64,000 nt of DNA from an uncultured Solirubrobacteraceae bacterium (GCA_963703625.1 CAVPEY010000007.1:14672-78671), one strand, 5' to 3'; positions 1 through 9,812 are shown, counted from the first letter of the stretch. Numbers and translations are program-made. The notes: generated by a model not told the origin, from the sequence alone.

Positions 1-2
1 AA

Positions 3-98
3 GAACTGACAAAGTGCAAAAAAATCAAGAAGAAGAGAAAACGCGCAAAGTGTGTCGCTGCTGCAAAGAAACGTTACTCACCCAAGATCAAGAAATAG
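3..98 (+). CDS. 3' end of a protein (5' partial) with a Lys/Cys-rich C-terminal tail, probably secreted
   Basis: Frame 3 reads ELTKCKKIKKKRKRAKCVAAAKKRYSPKIKK*. This resembles the 'CKK...KR..C...A.KRY' tail I recall from Solirubrobacterales secreted proteins. Not in the ORF track. Confidence 0.7.
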   Translation, partial: ELTKCKKIKKKRKRAKCVAAAKKRYSPKIKK

Positions 99-258
99 CA
101 ACGTCGAATCACCTGCCAGTTACCGTGGTTCAGGCAGCCACGAGGCTCAGAGTCAGGTGTCCCCTCTCGACACACCATGTGAACGACTGGTGGTATAATT
201 TCAGGGACCGTCCGTGACGTCTGTCGCGGTCCAACCGACCCTGAAGGGAGGGGTGACA

Positions 259-330
259 GTGGATTTATTCCTGGCATTATTAGCCGTAATCATAGCTCAA
301 GTATGCATTTATAAAGCACTTACCAGATGA
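259..330 (+). CDS. putative 23-aa hydrophobic peptide, or start of a decayed membrane-protein gene
   Basis: GGAGG at 247-251, GTG at 259, MDLFLALLAVIIAQVCIYKALTR*, in an AT-rich patch. Confidence 0.3.
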   Translation: MDLFLALLAVIIAQVCIYKALTR

Positions 331-713
331 GTGAATGAGAGTGTTTGATGTTTATTTATATAAAAGATATGTTTGATTTGGATTTAAAGGTGAAGGCAAT
401 CTTTACTTTTAGCACTTTCAAGATGCATGACCTGTAGTCGACGCGAGCTGATCATGTGGTTCGCGTCGACGCAGGGCCATGCGGCTACCTGAAGAGAAGG
501 CCGGTGGGCCGGTGGGCCGGCGGGCTAGCCGGTCGCTGACGATGAAGCCCACGCGCCACTTCCCGGCTGTGTTCTGATAACCGCAGCGAAGCCGCTTGAT
601 CTTGGGTCGGAGGGTGACGCGCATCGCATCGTAATGCGGTGAGGCGTGGACGCTCTGCCCTCCTTGCCCTCACCGAGAGCACTACACAGCACTACACGCT
701 ACCCTTCTGATAG

Positions 714-908
714 ATGACGGACGTACGTACAGAAGATCTCGACCCCCAGCAGCGCTTTGCGGAAAAGGAGCGGGCTCGCCACGCCGATCTGGAGGCGCTG
801 CGGTCTGGGCGTAAGACGAAGACGCAGCTCAAGCGCGAGACCGAGGCGTTTGCGTTCCCGCCCAGCCGCGCACGGATCAACCTGGACGCATCCCACTCCC
901 TGTCCTGA
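714..908 (+). CDS. small charged helical protein, candidate antitoxin
   Basis: 64 aa with GC-typical codons. TACCCT -10-like box 8 nt upstream. Stop is 7 nt before the nucleotidyltransferase gene. Confidence 0.65.
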   Translation: MTDVRTEDLDPQQRFAEKERARHADLEALRSGRKTKTQLKRETEAFAFPPSRARINLDASHSLS

Positions 909-915
909 GCGACGG

Positions 916-1743
916 TTGGCGATCCACGACGTGCCCGAGCCGCAAGACGCACTCGAGGTGCCGCCGCCGCTGAGCCTCGATGAGGCGCAGCGAATCATTG
1001 CGCGCTTGGAGGAAGTCGTCCGGGAGCAACGTGTTGTCCTGATCGGGGGGCAAGCGGTCTCCATCTGGATCGGGCAGCTTCATAACCGCCTGACGGACCC
1101 GCTCATTGCTGAGCCGATCGTCAGTCGTGACATCGACTTTCTCGGCGACGTGGGGGATGTCCGGCTGGCCGGCAAGCTGCTCGGCGGGCATATCCAGGTG
1201 GCGAAGTGGGAGGACCGCACCACGCTCGCGGGCGTCGCGATCTTTCTCGACAGCGGTGGTCATGAGCGTCGTCTCGATTTCCTGCAGAGTCCATATGGGA
1301 TGAACGCCGAGGATGTCAGGAACACGGCGGTCTACCTCGATTTGATCCTCAGCGACGGTCGGCAGGCGCCGGTCTGGGTGATGCATCCCGAGCGTTGTAT
1401 GGAGAGCCGTGTCTACAACAGCGTGCTGGCGAACAAGCAGACCGACCTCGCTTGGCTGCAGCTTCAAGCGTCGATCCTCTGCGCCCGCGCCTTCAGCCAA
1501 CTGCTGCTCGACGAACGCGGAGACGCAGTCATCCGGGATGTCCTGAACCTCAACGAGCGCATCTTCCGCTTCGCACAAGAAGATCTGTCCGCCCGCCTGG
1601 CGCACCACAGGGGCATCGAGGTCTTCGATGCCGTCCTTGACGACGAGCGGCTGCCCGAGAAGTTCCGGACCGTCCGCCTGCCGCAGATGCGCGAGCGCAT
1701 CAAGGTGCTGCGCCGGCGGGAACGCGAACGTCTATCGCCCTGA
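916..1743 (+). CDS. nucleotidyltransferase-fold protein (AbiEii/MenT-like), candidate toxin
   Basis: VVLIGGQAVSIW...SRDIDF matches the GG...DxD NTase signature. Start is TTG 916 or GTG 931; the ORF-track start at 757 overlaps the upstream gene. Confidence 0.7.
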   Translation: MAIHDVPEPQDALEVPPPLSLDEAQRIIARLEEVVREQRVVLIGGQAVSIWIGQLHNRLTDPLIAEPIVSRDIDFLGDVGDVRLAGKLLGGHIQVAKWEDRTTLAGVAIFLDSGGHERRLDFLQSPYGMNAEDVRNTAVYLDLILSDGRQAPVWVMHPERCMESRVYNSVLANKQTDLAWLQLQASILCARAFSQLLLDERGDAVIRDVLNLNERIFRFAQEDLSARLAHHRGIEVFDAVLDDERLPEKFRTVRLPQMRERIKVLRRRERERLSP

Positions 1744-1770
1744 GAGCAAGACGGAGCCGGCACCGGCGGC

Positions 1771-4402
1771 TCAGCGTCCGGGACCGATGCCGCGGTCGGG
1801 CGTGTCGCGGAGGGGTAGGCGGGTGAGCCAGCGTGCTGGCGAGAGGGTGGAGCGAAGCCGTAGAGGACTGCGGCTCGGCGCCCAGCCGGGGTCGAGGCGC
1901 TCCGGATGCGCGAGCGAAGGTGTCTGCGCGCGGCTGTTGCACATCTTCTGGGCGAGGCGGGTGATGCGAGCGGCGTCCTGCCCTTCGTTGCCGAGGTCGT
2001 CGCGGGCGATGAACCAGTCGGTGCCTGTGCGTGCCCTGGTTGCCTTAACGTAGGCGGTCTCCTTGCTGGTCTGCCAGCCGCCGGTGAGCACGACGGAGCG
2101 CTCTACGGTCGCGCCCTGCTGGCGGTAGACGTGCTGCGCGTAGGCCAGTCTCAGCGAGTCGAGATCCTCGCCGGCGAGCTGGATTCTGCGCTGTGATCCG
2201 TCGATCGTGACGGTCACGCGCCGCTCGTGGATGGCGCTCACCTGGCCGCGGGTGCCGTTCTCGACCCGCGGCTGCCCTGGCGGGCGGTGCTGCGCGGTGA
2301 AGGCGATGAGATCGCCTTCACGCAGGCCGTAGTGGACGCCGGGCAACGGGATCTCCTGGTGTCCGAGTTCGCCGCGCTCTGCGCGTAGGTGTTGGGCGCG
2401 GGCGTTGAGCCGGTCGATCTCGGTGTTCGCCGCGTCGGCGATCAACGCGACCTCGCGGATATCGCAGCCGTCCGTGAGCGCAGCCCATGTTTGTACGGCT
2501 TGCTCTGCTGCTTGGTCGCGGGTGTCGGAGAGGTGAAGCTGGTCGCGTGAGGCGTAGTGCGCCATCGCACGTTCTGGTTCTCCTGCGCGTAGGGCTTGCC
2601 ATGCGCGCTGGTCGGCTGGGTCTTTGGTGCGGTGGATGTCTGCGAGTTCGGCGCTGGGTGCGTGATCGGTGAGCCGGTCGAACATGCCGCCGGGGCCGAT
2701 CGAGGGGAGCTGCTTGCCGTCGCCGACAGCGATCAGCTTCGCCCCGGAGCGCTCCACCAGCTCGTCAAGGCGCTTGTGGTCGACCATCCCCGCCTCGTCC
2801 AGGATTACTGTCGTGTCCCTGCCGACGTGGATGGCGCCCGTGTTAGCGCGGGCGACCAGCGAGTCCAGTGTGAGTGTCTGCCCGGCCAGCGCCGGGCTGT
2901 CGGCGCCGAGCCGCTCGGCGGTGGACCCGGAGACTGCCACCCCGATCGTCTCTCGCCCGGCGGCCTGCTCCGCACGGGCGGCGGCGTCGATCACCACACC
3001 CTTGCCGGTCCCGGCCGGGCCGACGAGGACCGCGGCACGCTCGGGACCCGTGAGCACTTCGAGCGCGTGGTGCTGCTCGGCGCTGAGCGGTCCGCCGATA
3101 CGCTCCGCGACCTCACGGGCGGCGTTCTCGCGTGCAATGTCGCCGACGTCGCGGCCCGCGGGCTGGGCGAGCTGTGTGGCGCGGCGCTCGATCGCCTGCT
3201 CCTGGGCGCGAACGGCGAGGGTGGTCATCCGTCCGCCCTCCAGAGTCAGCACGCGCCGGTCGCGGACCATCTCCCGCGCGACAGCGAGCGCCTGATCCGG
3301 CGCCATCTCGCCGGCAGCTTGCTCCAGCACGACTGCGCGCAGGTCGCGCTCCTGGAAGACGGCGTGCTGCTCGTTCAGCTTCGCTTCGACCCGATCCTCG
3401 ATCGCGCGCTCGCCCTTTGGGCGCTCGGATGCGCCGATCAGACGCACCGCCTCATCCGGACCGAATCCGTGGTCGCGGGCGGTCTGTGTCCACACTCGTT
3501 GCAGGTCTGAGCGTGTGGTCAGCTGCTTGGACCGGCGGTTCTCGAGCGCGAGGTTGCGTAGCTCGCCGCGTTCGGGTGCCCGGCCGTAGCGGGCACGGAA
3601 GCGCTCCGCCGCCCTGGCGACCTCACGCGAGCGACCGGAGAACGCCTCGCACAGCTCGCGCGGGATACCGGCGATCTCGAAGTACCGGCCATCCTTGCCG
3701 GTGCTCTGCTCGATCGCGTATCCCTCCCGCATGAGCTCGTCGGCGCGCGCGGCGCGGTAGAACGCGCCGAGCTCCCGCGCGTTGCGGAAGATTGGCCGCG
3801 GGCGACGGCCACGATCCGGTCGTCCTCGCGGACGGCGCCGGTGATGACGACATGACTGTGCAGTTGGGGGTCTGGGGCTCGGGCGCCGGAGACTCCGCGC
3901 GCGGTGGTGTGCCGGTACTCGGTTGCGATCACGTCCTTGCGTTCTCTTCTACGACCTGGCCGCTGTAGCGGCGGCGCACGACCGGCACCTCCTCTCGCAG
4001 GTGGTGGATCGTCTGCTCGACCGCGCGGCCGTGGGCTTGCTCGATCTGCGCGCGCTGCCACGGGTCGCCGAGCGCCCACACCGTCGAGACGGACTTCGGG
4101 GCGCTGAACGTCACGTCGATCCCGCCACCCCGTCCCCCGCCAGCGCCCTCCGGACGCCACCGGCCCGTGCCAGGGTGACGGCCCTCCATCAGCGCGATGA
4201 AATCCTTGCCGTCCACCGGCCCGCCGGGCTGAACCCCGAGGCTCTCCAGGGTCTCGGCATCGGCCAGCCAGCGGCCGGGGGCCTGGGTCATCTCGCCGTC
4301 GGGGGTCAGGTAGTAGTCCCCGCGCTCGGGCTCCACGGTCTTGCTCTCCAGGTAGCGTGCGTACCCGCCGCCTCGGGACGCACCTATGCTCGCCGCGGTC
4401 AT
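1771..4402 (-). pseudogene. mobF: MobF (TrwC-type) relaxase fused to a RecD-like helicase, with two frameshifts (~3945, ~3800)
   Basis: N-terminal YARYL..DYY, DVTFSAPKSVS, HTTAR...DPQLHSH (HUH), Walker A GPAGTGKG, DEAGM, VGDGKQL, AYAQHVYRQQGATV, spread over three frames. The frameshifts may be real or sequencing errors. Confidence 0.85.
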
Positions 4403-4465
4403 CACATGGGTGATGACCCTCAGCGCGCCAAACCGGCCAAGCAATTCGCACAGCGCTCGCTCTGC

Positions 4466-4526
4466 CACGGCACAGCCGTGCATGTTGTCTGTGCAGGCAG
4501 TTGGAGCGGCCGGGCAGGGCCGCTCC
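4466..4526. other. candidate oriT hairpins upstream of the relaxase
   Basis: Inverted repeats CACGGC-aca-GCCGTG (4466-4480) and GGAGCGGCC-6nt-GGCCGCTCC (4503-4526) in the relaxase/xis intergenic region. Confidence 0.3.
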
Positions 4527-4726
4527 GGTCGGGCGTGGCCTAGTTGCGGCTGCGTGACTTCTCTGCGGCGTTGATCTCGGTGGCGAAGTCGCCGATGCTT
4601 GCCTCGACGGCGTCGGACGCGGAGTCTGAGAGGAGGGACGCACCGATTTGATCGTCCGCCTGCACGGTCCTGCGGTTGTGTACGTAAATTCGTTTGGCCG
4701 CTTTTCGCGGCTCAGGGTCACTAATC

Positions 4727-5036
4727 ATGATGGCCGCCACGAAGCCACCACAGGACGCGTTCGCGCCAGCAGCCGCGCCTCTCTCGCCGCTTCTTGATGC
4801 GACGGAGGCTGGGCGGTTGCTGTCGGTACCGGCGTCGTGGGTACTCGCTGAGGCACGAGCGAACCGGATTCCGCATGTGCGTCTCGGGCGCTATGTGCGG
4901 TTCAGCGCCGGATGATTTGGAGGAATGGTGGCGAGCGCGGATGCGGGGGCCGTGGCGTACACGAGGTGCAGCCTCGCGTACAGCGCGCTCGCTGCTTGTC
5001 GATCGACAGGCAGAGCACGGGAGGCGTCCTGACTAA
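4727..5036 (+). pseudogene. excisionase-like HTH protein, frameshift at ~4911
   Basis: LLDATEAGRLLSVPASWV...RIPHVRLGRYVRFS continues in another frame as DDLEEWW. Lies directly upstream of the integrase. Confidence 0.75.
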
Positions 5037-5121
5037 CGAGACGACTATCGCGTTGAAGCAGCCGCAGCGCTCGCTACCTTGGGCGGCCGATGGTGGTGCG
5101 CGATCAGGGAGACGATGAGTG

Positions 5122-6345
5122 ATGGCGACAGCGAGGAAGATGACCCGACGGCCTTACGGCGCTGGCTCGCTCTACGCGCGTGGGGGCGTCTGGTATGCGC
5201 ATTGGCGTGCAGACGGTGGGCGGCAGGTCAAGCGTCGTGTCGGCCCGATGCGCGTTGAGGGCTCGCGGGATGGTCTGACACGCAGCCAGGCCGAGGCAGA
5301 GCTGCGTCGGCTGATCGCGGAGACGAAGCCCGCCCGGACGATCGCCGGCGACGCGCTGACGATGGCCGAGCTGGGACGCCGTTACCTCGCGAACCTGGAA
5401 CGTCAGAGCCGCAAGAAGGCGACGACGACGGCTGTGGAGTCGATCCTGCGCGTTTGGCTTGAGCCGTTCTTTGCGGAGCGCGATCTACGCCGGATCACGG
5501 CCCAGGACGTTCAGGATTTGATGACGATGATGGAGAAGGGCGAGAGGCCCGGACCGAAGGCGAAGGGGGACCGTCGCTATGGGCGTCCTGTCGGCGCAAA
5601 GTCGGTCCGCAACTACATCGGCTACCTCTCGGCGCTGCTCGGGTTCGCCGAGCGCAAGGGATGGCTGCCCGTGAACGTCGCCCGGCATATCGAGCTGCCC
5701 GGCAAGCCCGAGAGCGCCGAGATCAGGTTCCTTGAGCCGCTTGAGGTGCGAGCGCTGGCTGACGCCGCTGTCGATGGGCCTTACCGCGAGATCGACCGTG
5801 CGATGTATCTCACGGCCGCGATGACCGGTCTGCGGCAGGGCGAGCTGGTGGCGCTTCGATGGCGCGACGTGGACTGGACCGCCGGCCGGATCAGGGTCCG
5901 CCAGAACTACGTGCTGGGCGAGTTCGGCACTCCGAAGTCCCGTCGCTCGACGCGCAGTGTTCCGATGGCCGACGAGGTTGCGGGAGAGCTTGACCGGCTC
6001 AGCCGCGCAGTGGGGGAGAGCAGTGGCGATGCTCTCGTGTTCGCCGATCCCCACACGGCCGGGCCGCTCGACAAGGCGGCGATCCTGCGGCGCTTCCGCC
6101 GGGCGCTCAAGGCCGCGCAGCTTGAGCAGTCGCATCGCTTCCACGATCTGCGCCACACGTTCGGTACGGCGATGGCTGGCACTGGCGTTCCCATGCGGAC
6201 CTTGCAGGAGTGGATGGGGCATCGGGACATCGAGACAACCCAGCGCTACGCGGATTACTCGCCGAGCGCGCACGAGTCGGCATTTGTGGAGGCGGCTTTT
6301 GGGTCGGGTGGCAGCAGCCGACCGCTCGCCTCGCAGACGACGTGA
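5122..6345 (+). CDS. tyrosine recombinase/integrase
   Basis: TGLRQGEL (R), TPKS (K), FHDLRHTF (HxxR), MGHRDIETTQRY (H,Y), and an N-terminal arm-binding-like RRPYGAGSLY. Confidence 0.95.
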   Translation: MATARKMTRRPYGAGSLYARGGVWYAHWRADGGRQVKRRVGPMRVEGSRDGLTRSQAEAELRRLIAETKPARTIAGDALTMAELGRRYLANLERQSRKKATTTAVESILRVWLEPFFAERDLRRITAQDVQDLMTMMEKGERPGPKAKGDRRYGRPVGAKSVRNYIGYLSALLGFAERKGWLPVNVARHIELPGKPESAEIRFLEPLEVRALADAAVDGPYREIDRAMYLTAAMTGLRQGELVALRWRDVDWTAGRIRVRQNYVLGEFGTPKSRRSTRSVPMADEVAGELDRLSRAVGESSGDALVFADPHTAGPLDKAAILRRFRRALKAAQLEQSHRFHDLRHTFGTAMAGTGVPMRTLQEWMGHRDIETTQRYADYSPSAHESAFVEAAFGSGGSSRPLASQTT

Positions 6346-6357
6346 CGGCGCTCAAAG

Positions 6358-6666
6358 ATGCCTAAGGATCGGACTCGACGCCGCTTCTTGGCTTCCGATG
6401 TGCAGCTCGTGGTGGAGCGTTCGAGCGAGCACCCCATCGAGTACGCGATCGTGCTCCTCGTGTTGCGGGACGGTCGCTGGCGCACGGTGCGCACGTTCGA
6501 CAACGCCCACGATCCGAGCGAGCACCACGAGCACGCATACGTCGGCCTGGAGAAGCAGTTTCCCATCGTCACGTATGGCCCGGTGAACGATGCGATGTAC
6601 GCCGCCGAACTCAAGCTGCTACGCGACTGGCGCGATATCGTTCAGGCTTGGGAGCACATGCAATGA
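6358..6666 (+). CDS. small protein with a DNAH...HEH motif (DUF6516/TumE-like candidate toxin)
   Basis: YAIVLLV..DGRWRTVRTFDNAHD..EHHEH. Overlaps the next gene by ATGA. Confidence 0.6.
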   Translation: MPKDRTRRRFLASDVQLVVERSSEHPIEYAIVLLVLRDGRWRTVRTFDNAHDPSEHHEHAYVGLEKQFPIVTYGPVNDAMYAAELKLLRDWRDIVQAWEHMQ

Positions 6667-7004
6667 GCGAGATCACCGACAAGACCGATGAGCTGTTCAT
6701 GGCGGCGTCGCGTAGCGACGACGATCTCGGCTACCCGGCGGATGTCGCGTTCATTCCCAGCGATGAGGAATGGACCGACGACGTTCTCTGGCGCAACCTG
6801 ATCGAAGGGCAGGCGACCGTCCTTGTCGGCGAGGACACCGAGCTGCTGCTGGTGCCGCTGCGCCGCGGTGTGATCGACCGACTCACGGGCCGTGTGCCCG
6901 TCAGCGTCGCGCCCCGAACGCATGGGCACCCCTCGTCCTACGCGACGTTGAGTCGTCTGGGGCGTCACCCGGTGCGCCAAATGCGCGCCCTCGCGCACGC
7001 CTGA
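6663..7004 (+). CDS. hypothetical protein, candidate partner/antitoxin
   Basis: ATGA coupling with the upstream gene. Acidic N-half, basic C-half. Confidence 0.6.
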   Translation: MSEITDKTDELFMAASRSDDDLGYPADVAFIPSDEEWTDDVLWRNLIEGQATVLVGEDTELLLVPLRRGVIDRLTGRVPVSVAPRTHGHPSSYATLSRLGRHPVRQMRALAHA

Positions 7005-7115
7005 CCCTCGGCGCGCACGGACACGAGAGCGTTCGCAACCGCGTGCGCGTGGAGTTGTCGCGCCCTCGATTGCTCGCTCGGTGAGACGCCACGGCGGTCC
7101 GACGTTATCTTCGTG

Positions 7116-7736
7116 CTAGCTGTCGCCGCTGAGTCGGGCGACCAGTTCGAGCATTGCGTCAAGCGCGGCCTCTAGCGGCTTGGTGTCGCGTTTGACCTGA
7201 GTGAGGAGCAGGCCGCCCTGCAGGGCGGCTAGCAGCGCGAGGGCGAGGGTGTCGGGGTCGGTGTCGGGCGTGAGCTCGCCTCGTGCTTGCATCTCTCGTA
7301 GACCGCTCTGGATCGTGGCTTCCCAACGTTTGAAGCCCTCGGCGACGTGGGCTCTTGCGTCGGGATCGGTCTCGGCTAGCTGGCCTCCGAGAGAGCCGAT
7401 TGGGCAGCCGCCGCTGCAGTGGTGCTCGCGCTGGGCCGCGATCACGAAGTCGCGCCAGGCTCGGAGGCCCTCCAGGGTGCTGAAATCGAACATCTCCTGC
7501 CCGCCGACCATTGTGTCGGTCTGGTGGTCAACGACTGCCCGGACCAAGGCCGTCTTGTCGTCGAAGTAGTGGTAGAGCTGCGAGCTTGAGACGTCCGCTG
7601 CCGCGCGTACGTCCTCGATCGTCGTGTGGGCGACGCCTTGCCGGAAGATCAAGCCGGCCGCCGCGTCGACGATGCGCTGACGGGTCTCCTGGCCCTTGCG
7701 CGTCAACGGGCGAGAGGAGGGGCTAGTCGTGTTCAT
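7116..7736 (-). CDS. TetR family transcriptional regulator
   Basis: TRQRIVDAAAGLIFRQGVAHTTIEDV...LYHYFDDK HTH and GGCPIGSL. TGgTAGAAT -10 box 7 nt upstream suggests a leaderless start at 7736. Confidence 0.93.
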   Translation of the reverse strand: MNTTSPSSRPLTRKGQETRQRIVDAAAGLIFRQGVAHTTIEDVRAAADVSSSQLYHYFDDKTALVRAVVDHQTDTMVGGQEMFDFSTLEGLRAWRDFVIAAQREHHCSGGCPIGSLGGQLAETDPDARAHVAEGFKRWEATIQSGLREMQARGELTPDTDPDTLALALLAALQGGLLLTQVKRDTKPLEAALDAMLELVARLSGDS

Positions 7737-7752
7737 ATCGCAGATTCTACCA

Positions 7753-7806
7753 ACAGAATGGATCGCACTATCCATTCTGTGTTAGAGTGGAACGCACAAT
7801 CCATTG
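7753..7806. promoter_or_regulatory. two tandem TetR operator palindromes
   Basis: Perfect ACAGAATGGAT-cgcact-ATCCATTCTGT at 7753-7780 and imperfect AGTGGAA-cgcaca-ATCCATT at ~7786-7805, between the divergent tetR and SDR genes. Confidence 0.8.
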
Positions 7807-7847
7807 CTGAGGGTCGCGACAACCACTCAAAGGGAGAACGCGATGAT

Positions 7848-8576
7848 ATGTCACTTCAAGGCAAGACCGCCCTTATCACTGGCGGCACATCCGGGATGGG
7901 TTCCGCCACCGCACTGGCGATGGCCGAGAAGGGCGCGTCGATGATCATCACCGGCCGCGACGAGACCCGCGGCGCGAGCACCGTGGAGAAGATCCGGGCG
8001 GGTGGGCACGATGCGCAGTTCATCGCCGCTGACTTCTCGGAGATGTCCGAGGTGGGGCGCGTTGCCGACGCAGCAGGCGAGATCGATGTTCTGGTCAACT
8101 GTGCAGGCGTTGCCGCCCTCGGCCCGACGGCTGACACCGACGAGGCGGCGTTCGACGGGCTGTTCCAGATCAACGTCAAGGCGCCGTTCTTCCTCGTCGC
8201 CGCGCTCGCCCCGAAGATCGCCGCCCGCGGCGGCGGATCGATCATCAACGTCTCAACGATGGTCGCGAGCTACGGCCAGCCAGGCATGGCTGCCTACGGC
8301 GCCTCGCGCGCGGCGATCGAGCTGCTCACCAAGGCGTGGGCCGCCGAATACGGGCCGCAGAACGTCCGCGTCAACGCGGTCGCTCCCGGTCCGACGTTGA
8401 CCCCGGCGGTGGAGCCGAGGTTGGAGATGGCCAAGGAGTTTGCCAAGACGATTCCGCTCCGCCGCGTCGCTGAAGTGCACGAGCTATCCGACGTCATCAC
8501 ATTCCTCGCGACCCCCGCGGCCGGCTACATCAACGGCGCGATTATCCACGTCGACGGCGGCCGCATCGCGGTCTGA
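7848..8576 (+). CDS. SDR family oxidoreductase
   Basis: TGGTSGMG, VNCAG, YGASR (YxxxK variant), VNAVAPG, IHVDGG. GGGAGA RBS upstream. Confidence 0.93.
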   Translation: MSLQGKTALITGGTSGMGSATALAMAEKGASMIITGRDETRGASTVEKIRAGGHDAQFIAADFSEMSEVGRVADAAGEIDVLVNCAGVAALGPTADTDEAAFDGLFQINVKAPFFLVAALAPKIAARGGGSIINVSTMVASYGQPGMAAYGASRAAIELLTKAWAAEYGPQNVRVNAVAPGPTLTPAVEPRLEMAKEFAKTIPLRRVAEVHELSDVITFLATPAAGYINGAIIHVDGGRIAV

Positions 8577-8587
8577 GAGGGCAGGAG

Positions 8588-9550
8588 ATGACTCAAATGC
8601 AAACCACCGCAGGAAAGACAATCCTCATCACGGGCGCCAATACCGGCCTCGGTAAGGAGACGGCGAGGCAGCTGGCGCTGCACGATGATTTCGAGCGGAT
8701 CTACCTCGGCTGCCGCAATCCGGAGAAGGCGGAGCGCGCAAAGGAGGACCTGGAGAAGGTCAGCGGACGCAAGATCTTCGAGGTAGTGATCATCGACCTG
8801 GAAGACCTTGCGTCGGTACGTGCTGCGGTGGCCGCGATCGCCGCTCCCTTGAACGCGCTCGCAATGATCGCCGGCGGCATCGGCGGCCGCACGCCAGCAT
8901 CGTTGACAGAAGACGGGGTGACTGAGCTATTCGCCCAGAACCTGCTCGGTCACGTGGCTCTGCTCGAGAATCTGCTGGCAGCCGGGCTGCTCACGGACGT
9001 CGCGGTCCTCGCAGGCAGCGAGGGGGCGCGCGGAATCCCCAAGCTGCGGATCGCTCGACCAAGGTTCACCGATCACAGCTCACAGGAGTTCGCGTCGGTG
9101 ATCGACGGCTCGTTCTTCGAGGGCGGCAAGTTCGACATGATGCTCTCCTACAGCCAGATCAAGTACCTCGGCGCGCTGTGGATGAGCGCGATGGCCCGCA
9201 TGCACCCCGAGCTCAGGTTCATCACGATGTCGCCGGGAAACACCGCGGGAACCGACGTGCTGCGCGACCAGCCCGCGCCCGTGCGGATCATCGCCAGCCG
9301 GATCGTGCTCCCATACGTCCTGCCTGCCCTTCGCATCGGGCACAAGCTGGACGTCGGGGCCGAGCGATTCGTCAAAGCCCTCACGGACGAGTCACTGCAG
9401 AGCGGCGTCTTCTACGCAAGCGCCGCCAAGACGATCACCGGACCGGTCATCGACCAGGCCGAGATCGTTCCCGACTTCCGCGACCCTGAGATCCAAGACC
9501 ACGCATACGAGGCGATCCAGCGGTTCGTACCGAGGCCCGCCGCGACTTGA
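8588..9550 (+). CDS. SDR family oxidoreductase (retinol dehydrogenase/WWOX-like)
   Basis: TGANTGLGKETA, YSQIK, MSPG. GGAG RBS. Confidence 0.88.
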   Translation: MTQMQTTAGKTILITGANTGLGKETARQLALHDDFERIYLGCRNPEKAERAKEDLEKVSGRKIFEVVIIDLEDLASVRAAVAAIAAPLNALAMIAGGIGGRTPASLTEDGVTELFAQNLLGHVALLENLLAAGLLTDVAVLAGSEGARGIPKLRIARPRFTDHSSQEFASVIDGSFFEGGKFDMMLSYSQIKYLGALWMSAMARMHPELRFITMSPGNTAGTDVLRDQPAPVRIIASRIVLPYVLPALRIGHKLDVGAERFVKALTDESLQSGVFYASAAKTITGPVIDQAEIVPDFRDPEIQDHAYEAIQRFVPRPAAT

Positions 9551-9758
9551 CGCTGTGCGCGCCGGCCGAGTAACACCAAACCAGAATCAAGACCCGCCGA
9601 CCGCAACGTAGCCGTCCTGAGATTCGCCCAATTGCAGGGCCGCGGCGCTTGCTTTCCCTTGACGAGAGGTAGCCGCCGTCGGCGCTGATGGCGTCGCTGC
9701 TTGAGGACGAACAGGAGGCGTGCGAGCGATCCTTACCAGCGCCGCGAACGGCGCGGAC

Positions 9759-9812
9759 TTGGTAGCAATTTTGGTAGCAATTTGAGCGAACCTGAGCCGA
9801 TCTGAGAGCACC
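9759..9812. repeat. candidate integrase arm-type and Xis binding repeats
   Basis: TTGGTAGCAATT x2 (9759-9782), then three TGAG motifs at a 10-bp period (9783, 9793, 9803), about 50 bp before the att core. Confidence 0.6.

Noticed and set aside
1-425. AT-rich start as eukaryotic contamination or a chimeric join
   Set aside because: Frame 3 encodes a tail typical of the inferred lineage and a bacterial RBS is present. Island cargo is the simpler explanation.
499-522. GGCCGGTG x3 tandem repeat as iterons or CRISPR
   Set aside because: Short GC-rich repeat with no spacers and no rep or cas gene nearby.
418-682. Short minus-strand ORFs 418..624 and 485..682
   Set aside because: No RBS or recognisable motif; they could be gene debris but cannot be supported.
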